Origin: Bacteroides sp.
GTDB lineage: Bacteria > Bacteroidota > Bacteroidia > Bacteroidales > UBA7960
Assembly: GCA_036351255.1 (NCBI GenBank)
Contig: JAZBOS010000109.1
Location: 64,039-128,038, forward strand
DNA length: 64,000 nt
Direction of reading: 5' to 3'
Shown here: positions 28,983 through 38,463 of the stretch, in pieces
Numbering within the stretch: the stretch's first letter is position 1
How the letters are laid out: every line of letters begins with the position of its first letter
Made by a program: the position numbers and the translations under genes
The notes under the pieces: generated by a model
Database searches by the model: none
What the model was told of the DNA's origin: nothing
What the model saw: the letters and a program-made list of their open reading frames with translations, nothing else

Positions 28983-30386
28983 ATGGCAACAACCAAAAGT
29001 GATTCAGCAGGCAACAATTCAAACACGAAGGTCCACGCCGATTTTCTTATCATCAACGGCCTCATCGTCACCATGGATGCGAAATACCGCATCCTGGACG
29101 GTGGTGCGCTGGCGGTGAAGGACGGAGAGATTGTAGCCCTGGGAACTACTGCTGAACTTCAAAATACATACGAAGCTACTCAGGTCATCGATGCCACTGG
29201 AAAGCTTGTGATGCCTGGCCTGATCAATACCCACACCCATTCGCCCATGACCATCTTCAGGGGTTATGCAGATGACCTCCACCTGAAGGAATGGCTCTAT
29301 GATCACATCTTTCCCATCGAGGCAGAGTTTGTAAATCCCGAAAATGTGCGTACAGGTACCCGACTGGCCATTGCCGAAATGCTCCTGAGCGGAACGACTA
29401 CTTTCAACGACATGTATTATTACGTGGATGAGATGGCCACCGTTGTTGACCAAGTGGGTATCAGGGCGGTACTTACCGAAAGCCTGATCGATTTTTCAGT
29501 ACCCAACAGCCCTTCGCCCGAACATGCCCTTGCAGTCACTGAAAAGCTTATCAATAAATGGAATGTCCATCCCCTGATCACCATAGGCATTTCTGCGCAT
29601 GCCCCTTATACTACTTCGCCGGAAGTCATTAAGAAAGGTAAGGATCTGTCCGATAAATACCAGCTTCCCTTTAACATTCACATTTCCGAAACCCGTGGTG
29701 AGTTCGACATGATCCAAAAGGAATATGGGATGACTCCGGTACGTTTTCTAGATGAGGCCGGGGTGCTTGGCCCTAATGTTGTGGCTGCCCATTGTGTGCA
29801 CGTTACACCTGAGGACATTGAGATTTTCGCCAAAAGAGGGGTAGGGGTAGCCCATAACCCCCAGTGCAATATGAAGCTCGCAAGCGGTGTGGCCCCTGTG
29901 CCGGAATTTCTGAAAGCCGGGGTGAAGGTTGGCATTGGTACCGACGGGGTGGCCAGCAACAACGACCTAGACCTTTTTGACGAGGTTCGTTCGGCTGCAT
30001 TCATCCATAAGCTCAACAGCAACGACCCTACCGTACTTGATGCCCAAACCGCAATCGGGCTGGCTACAATGGGGGGTGCAAGGGTTCTGGGGATGGAACA
30101 TCTCATTGGTTCACTCGAAACTGGTAAGCGGGCCGATATCATTATCCTCGATATGGACCAGCCACATGCCCACCCGGTTTATAATATTTATTCACTGATT
30201 GTTTATTCCATCAGGGGATCGGATGTGGAGACCGTTCTGGTTGATGGCAAACTCATGGTACACAACCGTAAGCTTGTCACCCTTGATCTTGATCGCTTGT
30301 ACGATAAGGTGGAACAACTGGCCAAACAAATTACTGAGAAAAGCACTACCATGGCTTTGCTCAACAACCGCTTGAGGAAACTTTAA
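28983..30386 (+). CDS. mtaD: Amidohydrolase, 5-methylthioadenosine/S-adenosylhomocysteine deaminase-like
   Basis: It contains PGLINTHTHSPMTIFRGYADDLHLKEWL, HISET and GTDGVASNN, which are metal-dependent deaminase motifs. The start is set at the ATG at 28983. Confidence 0.78.
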   Translation: MATTKSDSAGNNSNTKVHADFLIINGLIVTMDAKYRILDGGALAVKDGEIVALGTTAELQNTYEATQVIDATGKLVMPGLINTHTHSPMTIFRGYADDLHLKEWLYDHIFPIEAEFVNPENVRTGTRLAIAEMLLSGTTTFNDMYYYVDEMATVVDQVGIRAVLTESLIDFSVPNSPSPEHALAVTEKLINKWNVHPLITIGISAHAPYTTSPEVIKKGKDLSDKYQLPFNIHISETRGEFDMIQKEYGMTPVRFLDEAGVLGPNVVAAHCVHVTPEDIEIFAKRGVGVAHNPQCNMKLASGVAPVPEFLKAGVKVGIGTDGVASNNDLDLFDEVRSAAFIHKLNSNDPTVLDAQTAIGLATMGGARVLGMEHLIGSLETGKRADIIILDMDQPHAHPVYNIYSLIVYSIRGSDVETVLVDGKLMVHNRKLVTLDLDRLYDKVEQLAKQITEKSTTMALLNNRLRKL

Positions 30387-30389
30387 ACC

Positions 30390-30968
30390 CTAGCCTTCAA
30401 AAGGGTTTAGCCTTCTGCTCATTGCCCTTTCAATGACCTGGAAAAGGTCCATGGGGGTATACTTCCGCCAGTCCACATCGTTGAAATGCTTTCCGAAGGC
30501 AATGTAATAATCGATGTTGGCATTTTCGAACTCCCTGATCACGAAATCCCTGAAGTTAAGGGCTACAATCCATCCGTCCTCCAGGTCTTCGAACCACTCC
30601 TGGTAATAGAGGTCGTCCGATGAATGAAAGTTCAGCACGTTTTCTCCAATGAGGATGAACTTGTTGATGCCATTATCCACCAGCGGCTCAACGATGTTTC
30701 GCTTCAGGTACATGATGTCATTATACAGGCAATCGTTCCATTCGCCGATCATCTCAATGAAGCAGTAGCCCTCTTCGTAATCGGCATACAAAATTTTGAT
30801 GAAAAGGGTGGCTGATCCGATTTCATCCCACTGAGGATGGATCAGGTAATTATATACAGCGTGGGTGAATTCAATTTCAAAGTTTTCATGTCCGAAGAAT
30901 GGCGAGCGTTCATCTTCAGAGGCGATATACAGGTTACGCCAGGAATAAAAAGGTTCTATATCGTGCAT
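30390..30968 (-). CDS. Hypothetical protein (192 aa, acidic, no family recognised)
   Basis: It is a clean ORF with an ATG start and codon usage like its neighbours. The central segment is loosely STAS-like, which is weak evidence. Confidence 0.6.
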   Translation of the reverse strand: MHDIEPFYSWRNLYIASEDERSPFFGHENFEIEFTHAVYNYLIHPQWDEIGSATLFIKILYADYEEGYCFIEMIGEWNDCLYNDIMYLKRNIVEPLVDNGINKFILIGENVLNFHSSDDLYYQEWFEDLEDGWIVALNFRDFVIREFENANIDYYIAFGKHFNDVDWRKYTPMDLFQVIERAMSRRLNPFEG

Positions 30969-31048
30969 AAAAAATTGACAAATTTCTGTTGGGAAACCTC
31001 ATCTCCTTTATCAAAGTTAAGAAAATTCAAGGCATTTGGAAACGACCC

Positions 31049-31795
31049 TCAAACAGATTTTCTTTCCATGATCAGTTTGGTGGCAATCGACAATCCGATG
31101 ATTTCAGGTGTCTTGCCTGGCAAAGGTATGCCAATGGGAGTATCCACTTTTAAAAAGGCTGTTTCATCATAAAGGCCTTTCTCCACCAGAAAAGCTTTTG
31201 CTTCCGCAATTTTTTGCTTGTTCCCGATCATTCCCAGGTATGCCCATTGCTTGCGGAGCACCTTCCCCAATATTTCATAGTCATATTCGTGGCGGTGGGA
31301 GCAGAGAACCAGGAAATGCCTTTCAGTAGGTTCAAAGTCTTCGAGAAATTCCTTGTGAGATATCCTTTTTGTTATGACGTCTTCAAAGACAGGGTCGTTA
31401 AATATATCATCCCTTTCATCTACTACTATGATGCGAAACTCAAGTTTCTTTGCAAAATAAACCAGAGCCCTGGCTACGTGTCCTGCGCCAAAGATCACCA
31501 ACTCAGCTTCAGGCAGGAAGCTTTCAATGAAAAACCACACTTTGGCACCCGTCTCAGGGTTATGGGTTTCAAGGGTTCCGCTATTTCCTTCTTTAAGAAG
31601 TTTTCTTGCCCTGGCAATGACCTCAGCCTCCACTGGCCCTCCGCCAATGGTACCTTGCAGGCTGCTATCTTCAAATACCAGCATACGGGCGCCAGGGGAA
31701 CGGCCAAACGAACCCTCTACCCGTGTCAGGGTGCAAAGTGAAAATGGCCGCTGTTGTTTCCGCGCATCGACAATTTGCTTGATCCAGTGTTCCAT
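31049..31795 (-). CDS. XdhC/CoxI-family accessory protein (Rossmann-like C domain)
   Basis: The N-terminal XdhC_CoxI-like region is followed by ELVIFGAGHVARALVYFAKKLEFRIIVVDERDD. Its start overlaps the stop of the upstream deaminase by 1 nt (TGATG). Confidence 0.8.
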   Translation of the reverse strand: MEHWIKQIVDARKQQRPFSLCTLTRVEGSFGRSPGARMLVFEDSSLQGTIGGGPVEAEVIARARKLLKEGNSGTLETHNPETGAKVWFFIESFLPEAELVIFGAGHVARALVYFAKKLEFRIIVVDERDDIFNDPVFEDVITKRISHKEFLEDFEPTERHFLVLCSHRHEYDYEILGKVLRKQWAYLGMIGNKQKIAEAKAFLVEKGLYDETAFLKVDTPIGIPLPGKTPEIIGLSIATKLIMERKSV

Positions 31796-32262
31796 CAGTA
31801 TTGTGTTTTATTGTCAAGCCTGGTCCATTGCTCAAAAGGTTCCAGCGCATTTTTTACCTCTACTCGTTTTACCGGGATGGATCGTTGATCAAAGGGGAGG
31901 GCCATTTCTTTATAGATGAAGGAGTCGTCAAAGCCACAACGGGAGGCATCGTCCTTCGTGGCGGCAAAGACGATGCGATCGAGATGCGCCCAGTAAATAG
32001 CCCCCAGGCACATCGGGCAGGGCTCGCAACTGGTGTAAATTACGCAGCCATCCAGCCTGAAATCCCCAATGTTTTTGCACGCATCCCTGATGGCTACCAC
32101 CTCGGCGTGTGCTGTCGGATCTCCGGTATCTAATACCCTGTTAATCCCCTTACCAACGACTTTCCCATTTTTTACGATCAGGGCACCAAAAGGCCCTCCG
32201 CCTTTCCGGGCATTCTCTGCTGCCAGGGAAATGGCTTCCGGTAAAAATTTTTGATCGTCCAT
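31795..32262 (-). CDS. CDA-fold nucleoside/nucleobase deaminase (guanine deaminase GuaD-like or TadA-like)
   Basis: The 155-aa product has the zinc motifs HAEVVAIRDA and CEPCPMC. Confidence 0.8.
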   Translation of the reverse strand: MDDQKFLPEAISLAAENARKGGGPFGALIVKNGKVVGKGINRVLDTGDPTAHAEVVAIRDACKNIGDFRLDGCVIYTSCEPCPMCLGAIYWAHLDRIVFAATKDDASRCGFDDSFIYKEMALPFDQRSIPVKRVEVKNALEPFEQWTRLDNKTQY

Positions 32263-32375
32263 ATGAATTGGGTTCAGTTAAAACAAATCTACAAAATTAT
32301 TTACTCTAAAAGTAACGTAAAACCAGGAGTTCTTAGCCTGTCGGCCCTCTGCTTTTGGTTATCTTTGCTTCCGCT

Positions 32376-33152
32376 ATGCACAAAAGATTCTCTGAGGATA
32401 TTAAAGCACGGCTTGATGCCAAGGCAGCCCAATACAATTGCCCTTCCTTTATTAAAACGGATCCCGTTTCTGTTCCCCATCGTTTCATCCGCAAAGAGGA
32501 TATTGAAATATCAGGGCTCCTGGTAGCCACCCTTGCCTGGGGGCAACGCCCAACCATCATTGCAAGCGGGCTGCGGCTCATGGAGTGGATGGACTGGCAG
32601 CCTGCTGAATTCATTCTTCACTTCTCAGAAAAAGATCTTATGCCTTTTGCCAGATTTGTGCACCGTACCTTCTGCTTTACTGATCTGGAGTTTTTCCTCT
32701 ATTCCCTGAAGAATATTTACCAGGAGCACGGGGGACTGGAGGCCTGTTTCACCAAACCTTACCGGCAAAACGGCCAAATGAAGGATGCCATTACAGGCTT
32801 CAGAAACACTTTTTTCAGCATTCCCTTTCCGCCACGTACCCTTAAGCACGTCAGCAATCCCGATTCAGGGGCCGCAGCGAAACGCCTGAATATGTATTTA
32901 AGGTGGATGGTCAGGCAGGATAATGCAGGGGTGGACTTTGGCCTCTGGAAAGGCATTGACCAGGCCGACCTGTATTGCCCCCTCGACCTGCATTCAGGGC
33001 GTGTAGCACGAAAGCTGGGTTTGCTCAGCCGCAGGCAGAATGACTGGAAAGCCGTGGAAGAGCTGACTGCCAGCCTTCGCCGGCTGAACCCTGCTGATCC
33101 TGTCTCGTATGACTACGCCCTGTTTGGGATGGGCATTTTTGAAAAACTCTAA
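32376..33152 (+). CDS. TIGR02757 / DUF2400 family protein
   Basis: It contains PSFIKTDPVSVPHRF..LATLAWGQRPTII..LYCPLDLHSGRVARKLGLL. The start is set at the ATG at 32376. Confidence 0.72.
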   Translation: MHKRFSEDIKARLDAKAAQYNCPSFIKTDPVSVPHRFIRKEDIEISGLLVATLAWGQRPTIIASGLRLMEWMDWQPAEFILHFSEKDLMPFARFVHRTFCFTDLEFFLYSLKNIYQEHGGLEACFTKPYRQNGQMKDAITGFRNTFFSIPFPPRTLKHVSNPDSGAAAKRLNMYLRWMVRQDNAGVDFGLWKGIDQADLYCPLDLHSGRVARKLGLLSRRQNDWKAVEELTASLRRLNPADPVSYDYALFGMGIFEKL

Positions 33153-33173
33153 GATTCCTGGATATCCCCAATC

Positions 33174-35843
33174 CTATTCCTCTGCCCTGCCGTTAAGGCG
33201 CAGCAGTTTAAAGAATTCTACGATCACAATGGGTGCCAGCGAAAGCGCTCCAACGAGGATCCAGTGAAGCCTGTCCATAGTGGTCAGGCTGAAGGCTTCA
33301 CGGAAAGGAGGTATCAGCAATACCGCCAGTCCCAGTACCAATGAGGCAAAGATAGCTCCGATCAGTGGTTTGTTTTTCAGTGGATTGAAGGTAAAGGACG
33401 AACGGGTAATGGAGTGGAGGTTGCGCACGTGGAACAACTGTGCAAACATCAGGGTGGCAAAAGCCATGGTCTGTCCCAGGGTCTCCCCGCCGTCACGCAA
33501 CCCGATCAAAAAGGCTACCAGGGACAATCCCCCGACCATCACTCCCTGGTACATCACGCGCCAGATCATCCCTTTGGTCATAAAGCCCTTTTGGGTGTTT
33601 CTCGGCTTACGCTTCATAATGTTATTGTCTGCCGGGTCAACGCTCAGTGCCAGTGCAGGCAGGCTGTCGGTTACGAGGTTTACCCACAGGATATGTACCG
33701 GCAGCAAGGGAATTCCCAGGTTCAGGAGGGAGGTGATCAGCAGCAGGAAGATCTCGCCTACGTTGGTAGAAAGCAGGAACTGGATGGCTTTCAGGATGTT
33801 GTCATAAATCCTGCGTCCTTCTTCCACCGCCGTTACAATGGTGGCGAAGTTGTCGTCGGTGAGGACCATATCCGCAGCGCCCTTGGCCACGTCAGTGCCC
33901 ACAATGCCCATGGCGGCCCCAATATCAGCCTGCTTCAGCGCGGGGGCGTCGTTTACTCCGTCGCCCGTCATCGCTACGACCTGACCATGGCTTTGCCAGG
34001 CCTTGACGATGCGTACCTTATGTTCGGGCGCCACACGGGCATAAACACTATATTTTTCAATGTCATTGGCAAAGGTCTCATCGTCCAGCTTCTCGAGTTC
34101 TGAACCGGTAATGGCCAGATCTCCTTCGCGGAATATCCCGATTTCTTTGGCAATGGCCATGGCAGTGATTCTATGGTCGCCGGTGATCATCACCGCCCGG
34201 ATGCCTGCCGTGTTACATTTGGAAACCGCCTCCATGGCTTCGGGGCGGGCCGGATCCATCATCCCGACGAGACCTGAAAAGATCAATTCATTTTCCAGAT
34301 GACCGACCTGTAAGTTTTGAGGCGGCCCGGGCAGATCGCGGTAAGCCATGGCAAGAACCCGCAGGGCAGACCTGGCCATTTTTTCGTTTGCTGCCCTGAT
34401 GTTTTCAAGGTCCTCTTCGGTGAGGTTTCTGACCTTGCCCTCGATGACAATTTGAGAACAAACACTGAGGATTTCGTCCAGACCACCTTTCACATTGATG
34501 CGGGTGGTATTCTCCGCCATCTGGTTCACGGTCGTCATCCGCTTTCTTTCTGAATCAAAAGGGATTTCGGCTATGCGTGGATGCTTGCGTTCCATCTCGT
34601 TTTTATCCATTCCATAGAGCAGGCCGAAGTCGAGCAGGGCCGTCTCTGTTGGGTCGCCCGTAAATTCCGCTACTCCTCCGTGGTTTTTGCTTATCTGGGC
34701 ATCGGCACAGAGCACAGCAATGGACAGCAGGGTGCTTTCCTCTGGATTGAGTTCCTGGGCGTGGTCCACGCGGTTGATGGGTGATTGAATATGGTTTACA
34801 TAGGCTTCCACCACCGTCATTTTATTTTGTGTCAGGGTGCCGGTCTTGTCTGAGCAGATCACCGTGGCGCCGCCCAATGTCTCCACAGCGGGAAGGGTGC
34901 GTATGATGGCATTGCGTTTCACCATCCGTTGCACCCCGATGGCCAGTACCACCGTTGAAACGGCAGGCAAGCCTTCAGGAATGGCGGCTACAGCCAGGCT
35001 CACGGCCACCATGAACATGCTGAGCAAGGGGTTACCGTATAGGAGACCTACTGCAAAGATGACTGCGCAGATGATCAGGGCGGCAATGCCCAGGACCTTG
35101 CCCAGTTGTTCCAGGCGCTTGCTCATAGGGGTCTCGGTATCTGCTGTTTGCTGCAACATGTCGGCGATCTTCCCGACCTGGGTTTGCATTCCTGTCCCGG
35201 TAACAATCCCGCGCCCGCGCCCATAGGTCACCATCCCGCTTGAAAAGGCCATGTTTTTCCGGTCACCCAGCGGAACATCTTCACCCGCAAGGGCTTCGGT
35301 TTGTTTCATTACCGGGACAGACTCCCCGGTAAGGGCCGACTCCTGAACCTTCAGGTTCACCGATTCTATTAGTCTGAGGTCGGCCGGAATCACTGCGCCG
35401 GTTTCCAGTACCACGATATCGCCGGGCACCAGGTCCCGGCTTTCCACCTCGCGGATTATCCCGTCGCGCAGTACCTTGGTCTCGGGGGCCGCCATGTTCT
35501 TCAGGGCTTCCAGCGATGACTCGGCCTTGCCTTCCTGCAAGGCACCCACCAGCGCGTTCAGGATCAGGATGCCCAGAATCACAAAGGTGTCCAGCAAGCC
35601 TTCGTCGTGCAGAATGCCCACCACTCCCGAAATAGCTGCTGCAACCAGAAGGATGATGATCATAAAACTTTTGAACTGCGAAAAGAATACCTGCAGAAAA
35701 GTCTTCTTTTTCTTTGAAGGCAACTGGTTAGGACCATATTCGAGAAGTCTTTTCCTGACTTCCTCAGTCGAAAGGCCTGTGGAAACATTCGTATTGAAAT
35801 GGCTTGCAACCTTAACGAAATCGTGGTTGAAGAAAGTTTTCAT
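33174..35843 (-). CDS. Cation-transporting P-type ATPase, Ca2+-ATPase (type IIA-like)
   Basis: The 889-aa product has CSDKTGTLTQN, TGDGVNDAPAL, IPEGLPAV in M4, and TGES. Confidence 0.92.
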   Translation of the reverse strand: MKTFFNHDFVKVASHFNTNVSTGLSTEEVRKRLLEYGPNQLPSKKKKTFLQVFFSQFKSFMIIILLVAAAISGVVGILHDEGLLDTFVILGILILNALVGALQEGKAESSLEALKNMAAPETKVLRDGIIREVESRDLVPGDIVVLETGAVIPADLRLIESVNLKVQESALTGESVPVMKQTEALAGEDVPLGDRKNMAFSSGMVTYGRGRGIVTGTGMQTQVGKIADMLQQTADTETPMSKRLEQLGKVLGIAALIICAVIFAVGLLYGNPLLSMFMVAVSLAVAAIPEGLPAVSTVVLAIGVQRMVKRNAIIRTLPAVETLGGATVICSDKTGTLTQNKMTVVEAYVNHIQSPINRVDHAQELNPEESTLLSIAVLCADAQISKNHGGVAEFTGDPTETALLDFGLLYGMDKNEMERKHPRIAEIPFDSERKRMTTVNQMAENTTRINVKGGLDEILSVCSQIVIEGKVRNLTEEDLENIRAANEKMARSALRVLAMAYRDLPGPPQNLQVGHLENELIFSGLVGMMDPARPEAMEAVSKCNTAGIRAVMITGDHRITAMAIAKEIGIFREGDLAITGSELEKLDDETFANDIEKYSVYARVAPEHKVRIVKAWQSHGQVVAMTGDGVNDAPALKQADIGAAMGIVGTDVAKGAADMVLTDDNFATIVTAVEEGRRIYDNILKAIQFLLSTNVGEIFLLLITSLLNLGIPLLPVHILWVNLVTDSLPALALSVDPADNNIMKRKPRNTQKGFMTKGMIWRVMYQGVMVGGLSLVAFLIGLRDGGETLGQTMAFATLMFAQLFHVRNLHSITRSSFTFNPLKNKPLIGAIFASLVLGLAVLLIPPFREAFSLTTMDRLHWILVGALSLAPIVIVEFFKLLRLNGRAEE

Positions 35844-35988
35844 TCCGTGGTTGTAATTTTATGAGGATGTGAAAAGGGAAAGGGGGCATTGATTAATACA
35901 GGCAAAGGTAGCCAGAAATTCTCTTAATAAAATCCTTGAGTGTAAACAATGCATGGAATTGTCATAGTCCTGGAGAGAGAAGTCTTCA

Positions 35989-37050
35989 TCAACCTTCGGG
36001 CATCAGCACGAACAAAACCTTTGCCGTAATCCATTTTGAATCCTTGCCCTTTTGCTCAATATTAACAAGCATCCTTCCGTTAAAGGTATTCTCCAGTTTC
36101 CACCTTCCTTTGGGGCTTTGTTTCTTTACCAGGATGTCATGCGCTTCCTCCATCCGGGGGTCGTGATAACCTAATTTGACCAGTATTTCCAGTATCTCCA
36201 GGATATCGGTCTGGTACATCAGCGGGAAGCCGGGCTTCAGCCAGCCTGGCCGAGATACTTTGTCCAGCTCGTGGCTTTTTTTGAAGATATGATGGATGAG
36301 CAGGTATTCGGCCAGGGTTTCGATCTTTTCCTTTACCGCGGGGCTGCGTTTTTCGGGCGCGATCTCTGCCAGGGCTTTAAGTGACTTCACCACCCCCATG
36401 TGACATGAATGCCGCCCATAGCAAGGCTCAAAGCGCTTGTAGGGCCAGTCTTCGGGAAACTCCGAACGGTCGTCATCCGCCCGCTGATACTTGCATATCC
36501 AGTCAATGCCCTTTTGCACCAGTTCGTCCTCAAGCATTCCCAGCCTGATCAGGCTCCACACCATATTGCCCGTCAGGCAGGGGATGACCTCCGATGCACG
36601 TCCTCCCTTGCTTTTTGCGGCCTTATCATAGGCAAATCCAAATCTTTCCTGTTCCTGTGAATTTTCTAGGATAAACTCGCAGGCCTTTCTGACCCGGAGG
36701 TCTTCGGGATTAGCGAACAATTCAGCGAGGATCATGATCTGCCATACCGTCCCGCCATACTTATTGCGATAAAAACGCAGGGGGGCTCCCCAGGACCCGT
36801 CCTCGTTCTGCTTTTCCAGGATTTTCGGTACCACCCCCACCTGCATGATGTCCTTAAGGGTTTGCTGAACCAGGGGGTCATTCTCAGGCTTTTGTAATAG
36901 GCGGGTGAGGGCATAATACCTCACTGAGGGATTTTCCTCCCGAAGCAACCACTCCAAAACCTGTGCTTTCATTGAGTCAGTGACATTTTTAATGGTGGTT
37001 TCCAGTTTTTCCCCGTAAGGAAGGAGAAGGGTTTCTGCGCCAACATTCAA
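35989..37050 (-). CDS. Hypothetical protein, possibly an alpha/alpha-toroid (prenyltransferase/terpene-cyclase-like repeat) fold
   Basis: The 353-aa product has repeated DGSWG-like and aromatic-rich helical segments. The start is TTG at 37050, with an alternative ATG at 36972. The assignment is tentative. Confidence 0.5.
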   Translation of the reverse strand: MNVGAETLLLPYGEKLETTIKNVTDSMKAQVLEWLLREENPSVRYYALTRLLQKPENDPLVQQTLKDIMQVGVVPKILEKQNEDGSWGAPLRFYRNKYGGTVWQIMILAELFANPEDLRVRKACEFILENSQEQERFGFAYDKAAKSKGGRASEVIPCLTGNMVWSLIRLGMLEDELVQKGIDWICKYQRADDDRSEFPEDWPYKRFEPCYGRHSCHMGVVKSLKALAEIAPEKRSPAVKEKIETLAEYLLIHHIFKKSHELDKVSRPGWLKPGFPLMYQTDILEILEILVKLGYHDPRMEEAHDILVKKQSPKGRWKLENTFNGRMLVNIEQKGKDSKWITAKVLFVLMPEG

Positions 37051-37347
37051 ATGTAAGAATTATTTACATTGAATGGAATCATGTATTTACATCCCGGGTT
37101 CCTTGCGAAAACCCGCCAAATACTCTTTTTACAGGTACCAAAGTCCTGCCTTGGTCGTGCCCAGACGAAGCTTACACGAACCGCATTAGAGCTAAACACG
37201 AGGATGGTACGACCGTGGTGATAAATTCGCGTATATAATAATAACGAAAGAATAAAAATTTAAGATAAAAAATATTTTTTATAATCAATGCTTCGTTTCC
37301 GGAGCCTATAATAAGCTGAAACTCCCTTTTGGGCGGCCATTTTTATT

Positions 37348-37355
37348 TAACTTTG
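37348..37355 (+). promoter_or_regulatory. Candidate -7 promoter box TAACTTTG for trmD
   Basis: It matches TAnnTTTG and lies 30 nt upstream of the ATG at 37385. Confidence 0.45.
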
Positions 37356-37384
37356 CGCTTTGAAAATCCTTTAATTCCTGGCTT

Positions 37385-38062
37385 ATGCGGATTGATATCC
37401 TGACCATTTTCCCCGAGATGTTTACGGGCCCCTTTTCCCACTCCATCATCAAAAGGGCGCTTGAGAAGGGCCTGGCCGAGATTCATTTGCACAACCTCCG
37501 CGATTATTCCACTTCCAAACATCGTAACGTGGATGATTACCCCTTTGGGGGCGGGGCGGGCATGGTGATGATGGTGGAGCCCATCGACCGCTGCATCAGC
37601 AAGTTGAAAGCGGAACGGGACTATGAAGAGGTGATCTATCTGAGCCCCGACGGGGAATTGCTGACCCAGCCTGTGGCCAATCGCTTGTCGACAATGGGTA
37701 ACCTGATCCTGCTGTGCGGGCATTATAAAGGAGTTGACGAACGGGTGCGCGAGCATTTCATTACGCGCGAGATTTCGGTAGGCGACTATGTGCTTTCGGG
37801 GGGTGAGCTGGCTGCTGCCATGCTAACCGATGCGGTAGTAAGGCTGATCCCGGGGGTGCTGGGCGATGAGACTTCGGCCTTGTCCGACAGTTTTCAGGAT
37901 GGCTTGCTTTCGCCGCCCGTATATACCCGTCCGGCCGATTACAAGGGCTGGAAAGTGCCCAATGTGTTGCTTTCAGGCCACGACCGGAAGATCCACGAGT
38001 GGCGCCACGAACAGGCGCTTCATAGAACCAGGGACAGGCGGCCTGACTTACTGGGAGAGTAA
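37385..38062 (+). CDS. trmD: tRNA (guanine37-N1)-methyltransferase
   Basis: [43 protein letters not shown] is canonical TrmD. Confidence 0.95.
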   Translation: MRIDILTIFPEMFTGPFSHSIIKRALEKGLAEIHLHNLRDYSTSKHRNVDDYPFGGGAGMVMMVEPIDRCISKLKAERDYEEVIYLSPDGELLTQPVANRLSTMGNLILLCGHYKGVDERVREHFITREISVGDYVLSGGELAAAMLTDAVVRLIPGVLGDETSALSDSFQDGLLSPPVYTRPADYKGWKVPNVLLSGHDRKIHEWRHEQALHRTRDRRPDLLGE

Positions 38063-38391
38063 GGCTGGGTAATTGGGATTTTTGGTTCAAGCTTAGGAGA
38101 AATTCTTAAATCATTATTTGGTAATCCTTGTTCATGATTCAAAAAAACAAAGCCTGAGGACTCCTGATCTCAGAATAAGGAACAAGCCCGCCTGCCTTTG
38201 CGGGCAGGAAATGAAAATTTCAGAAGTACCTGATCCTTGAAATTTGAACATTGAACCAAAAACCCTGAACTTTCTGATCTCAGATCAATGATTAGCGATT
38301 TATGGTTTATGATTTTTGTTAGGAGGGAGGATTTGGATGGATTTTCATAATTAATGAATGGATTTTAAAATATTTGGAGAAAGGGTTTTTT
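38063..38391 (+). repeat. Approximately 45 consecutive degenerate heptanucleotides filling the trmD-rplS spacer
   Basis: Starting at the nucleotide after the trmD stop, it reads ggctggg taattgg gattttt ggttcaa gcttagg .. cattatt tggtaat ccttgtt catgatt .. tgaaatt tgaacat tgaacca aaaaccc tgaactt tctgatc tcagatc aatgatt agcgatt tatggtt tatgatt tttgtta ggaggga ggatttg gatggat. All units are in a single phase. Confidence 0.75.
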
Positions 38392-38409
38392 TAAATGAAA
38401 ATATTTCTC

Positions 38410-38417
38410 TAAATTTG
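38410..38417 (+). promoter_or_regulatory. Candidate -7 promoter box TAAATTTG for rplS
   Basis: It matches TAnnTTTG, lies 47 nt upstream of the ATG at 38464, and is followed by GCACTCCTTTT as at rpsU. Confidence 0.5.
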
Positions 38418-38463
38418 CACTCCTTTTCAGAATACAAGAGAAATTATAAAATATACCGTACCG

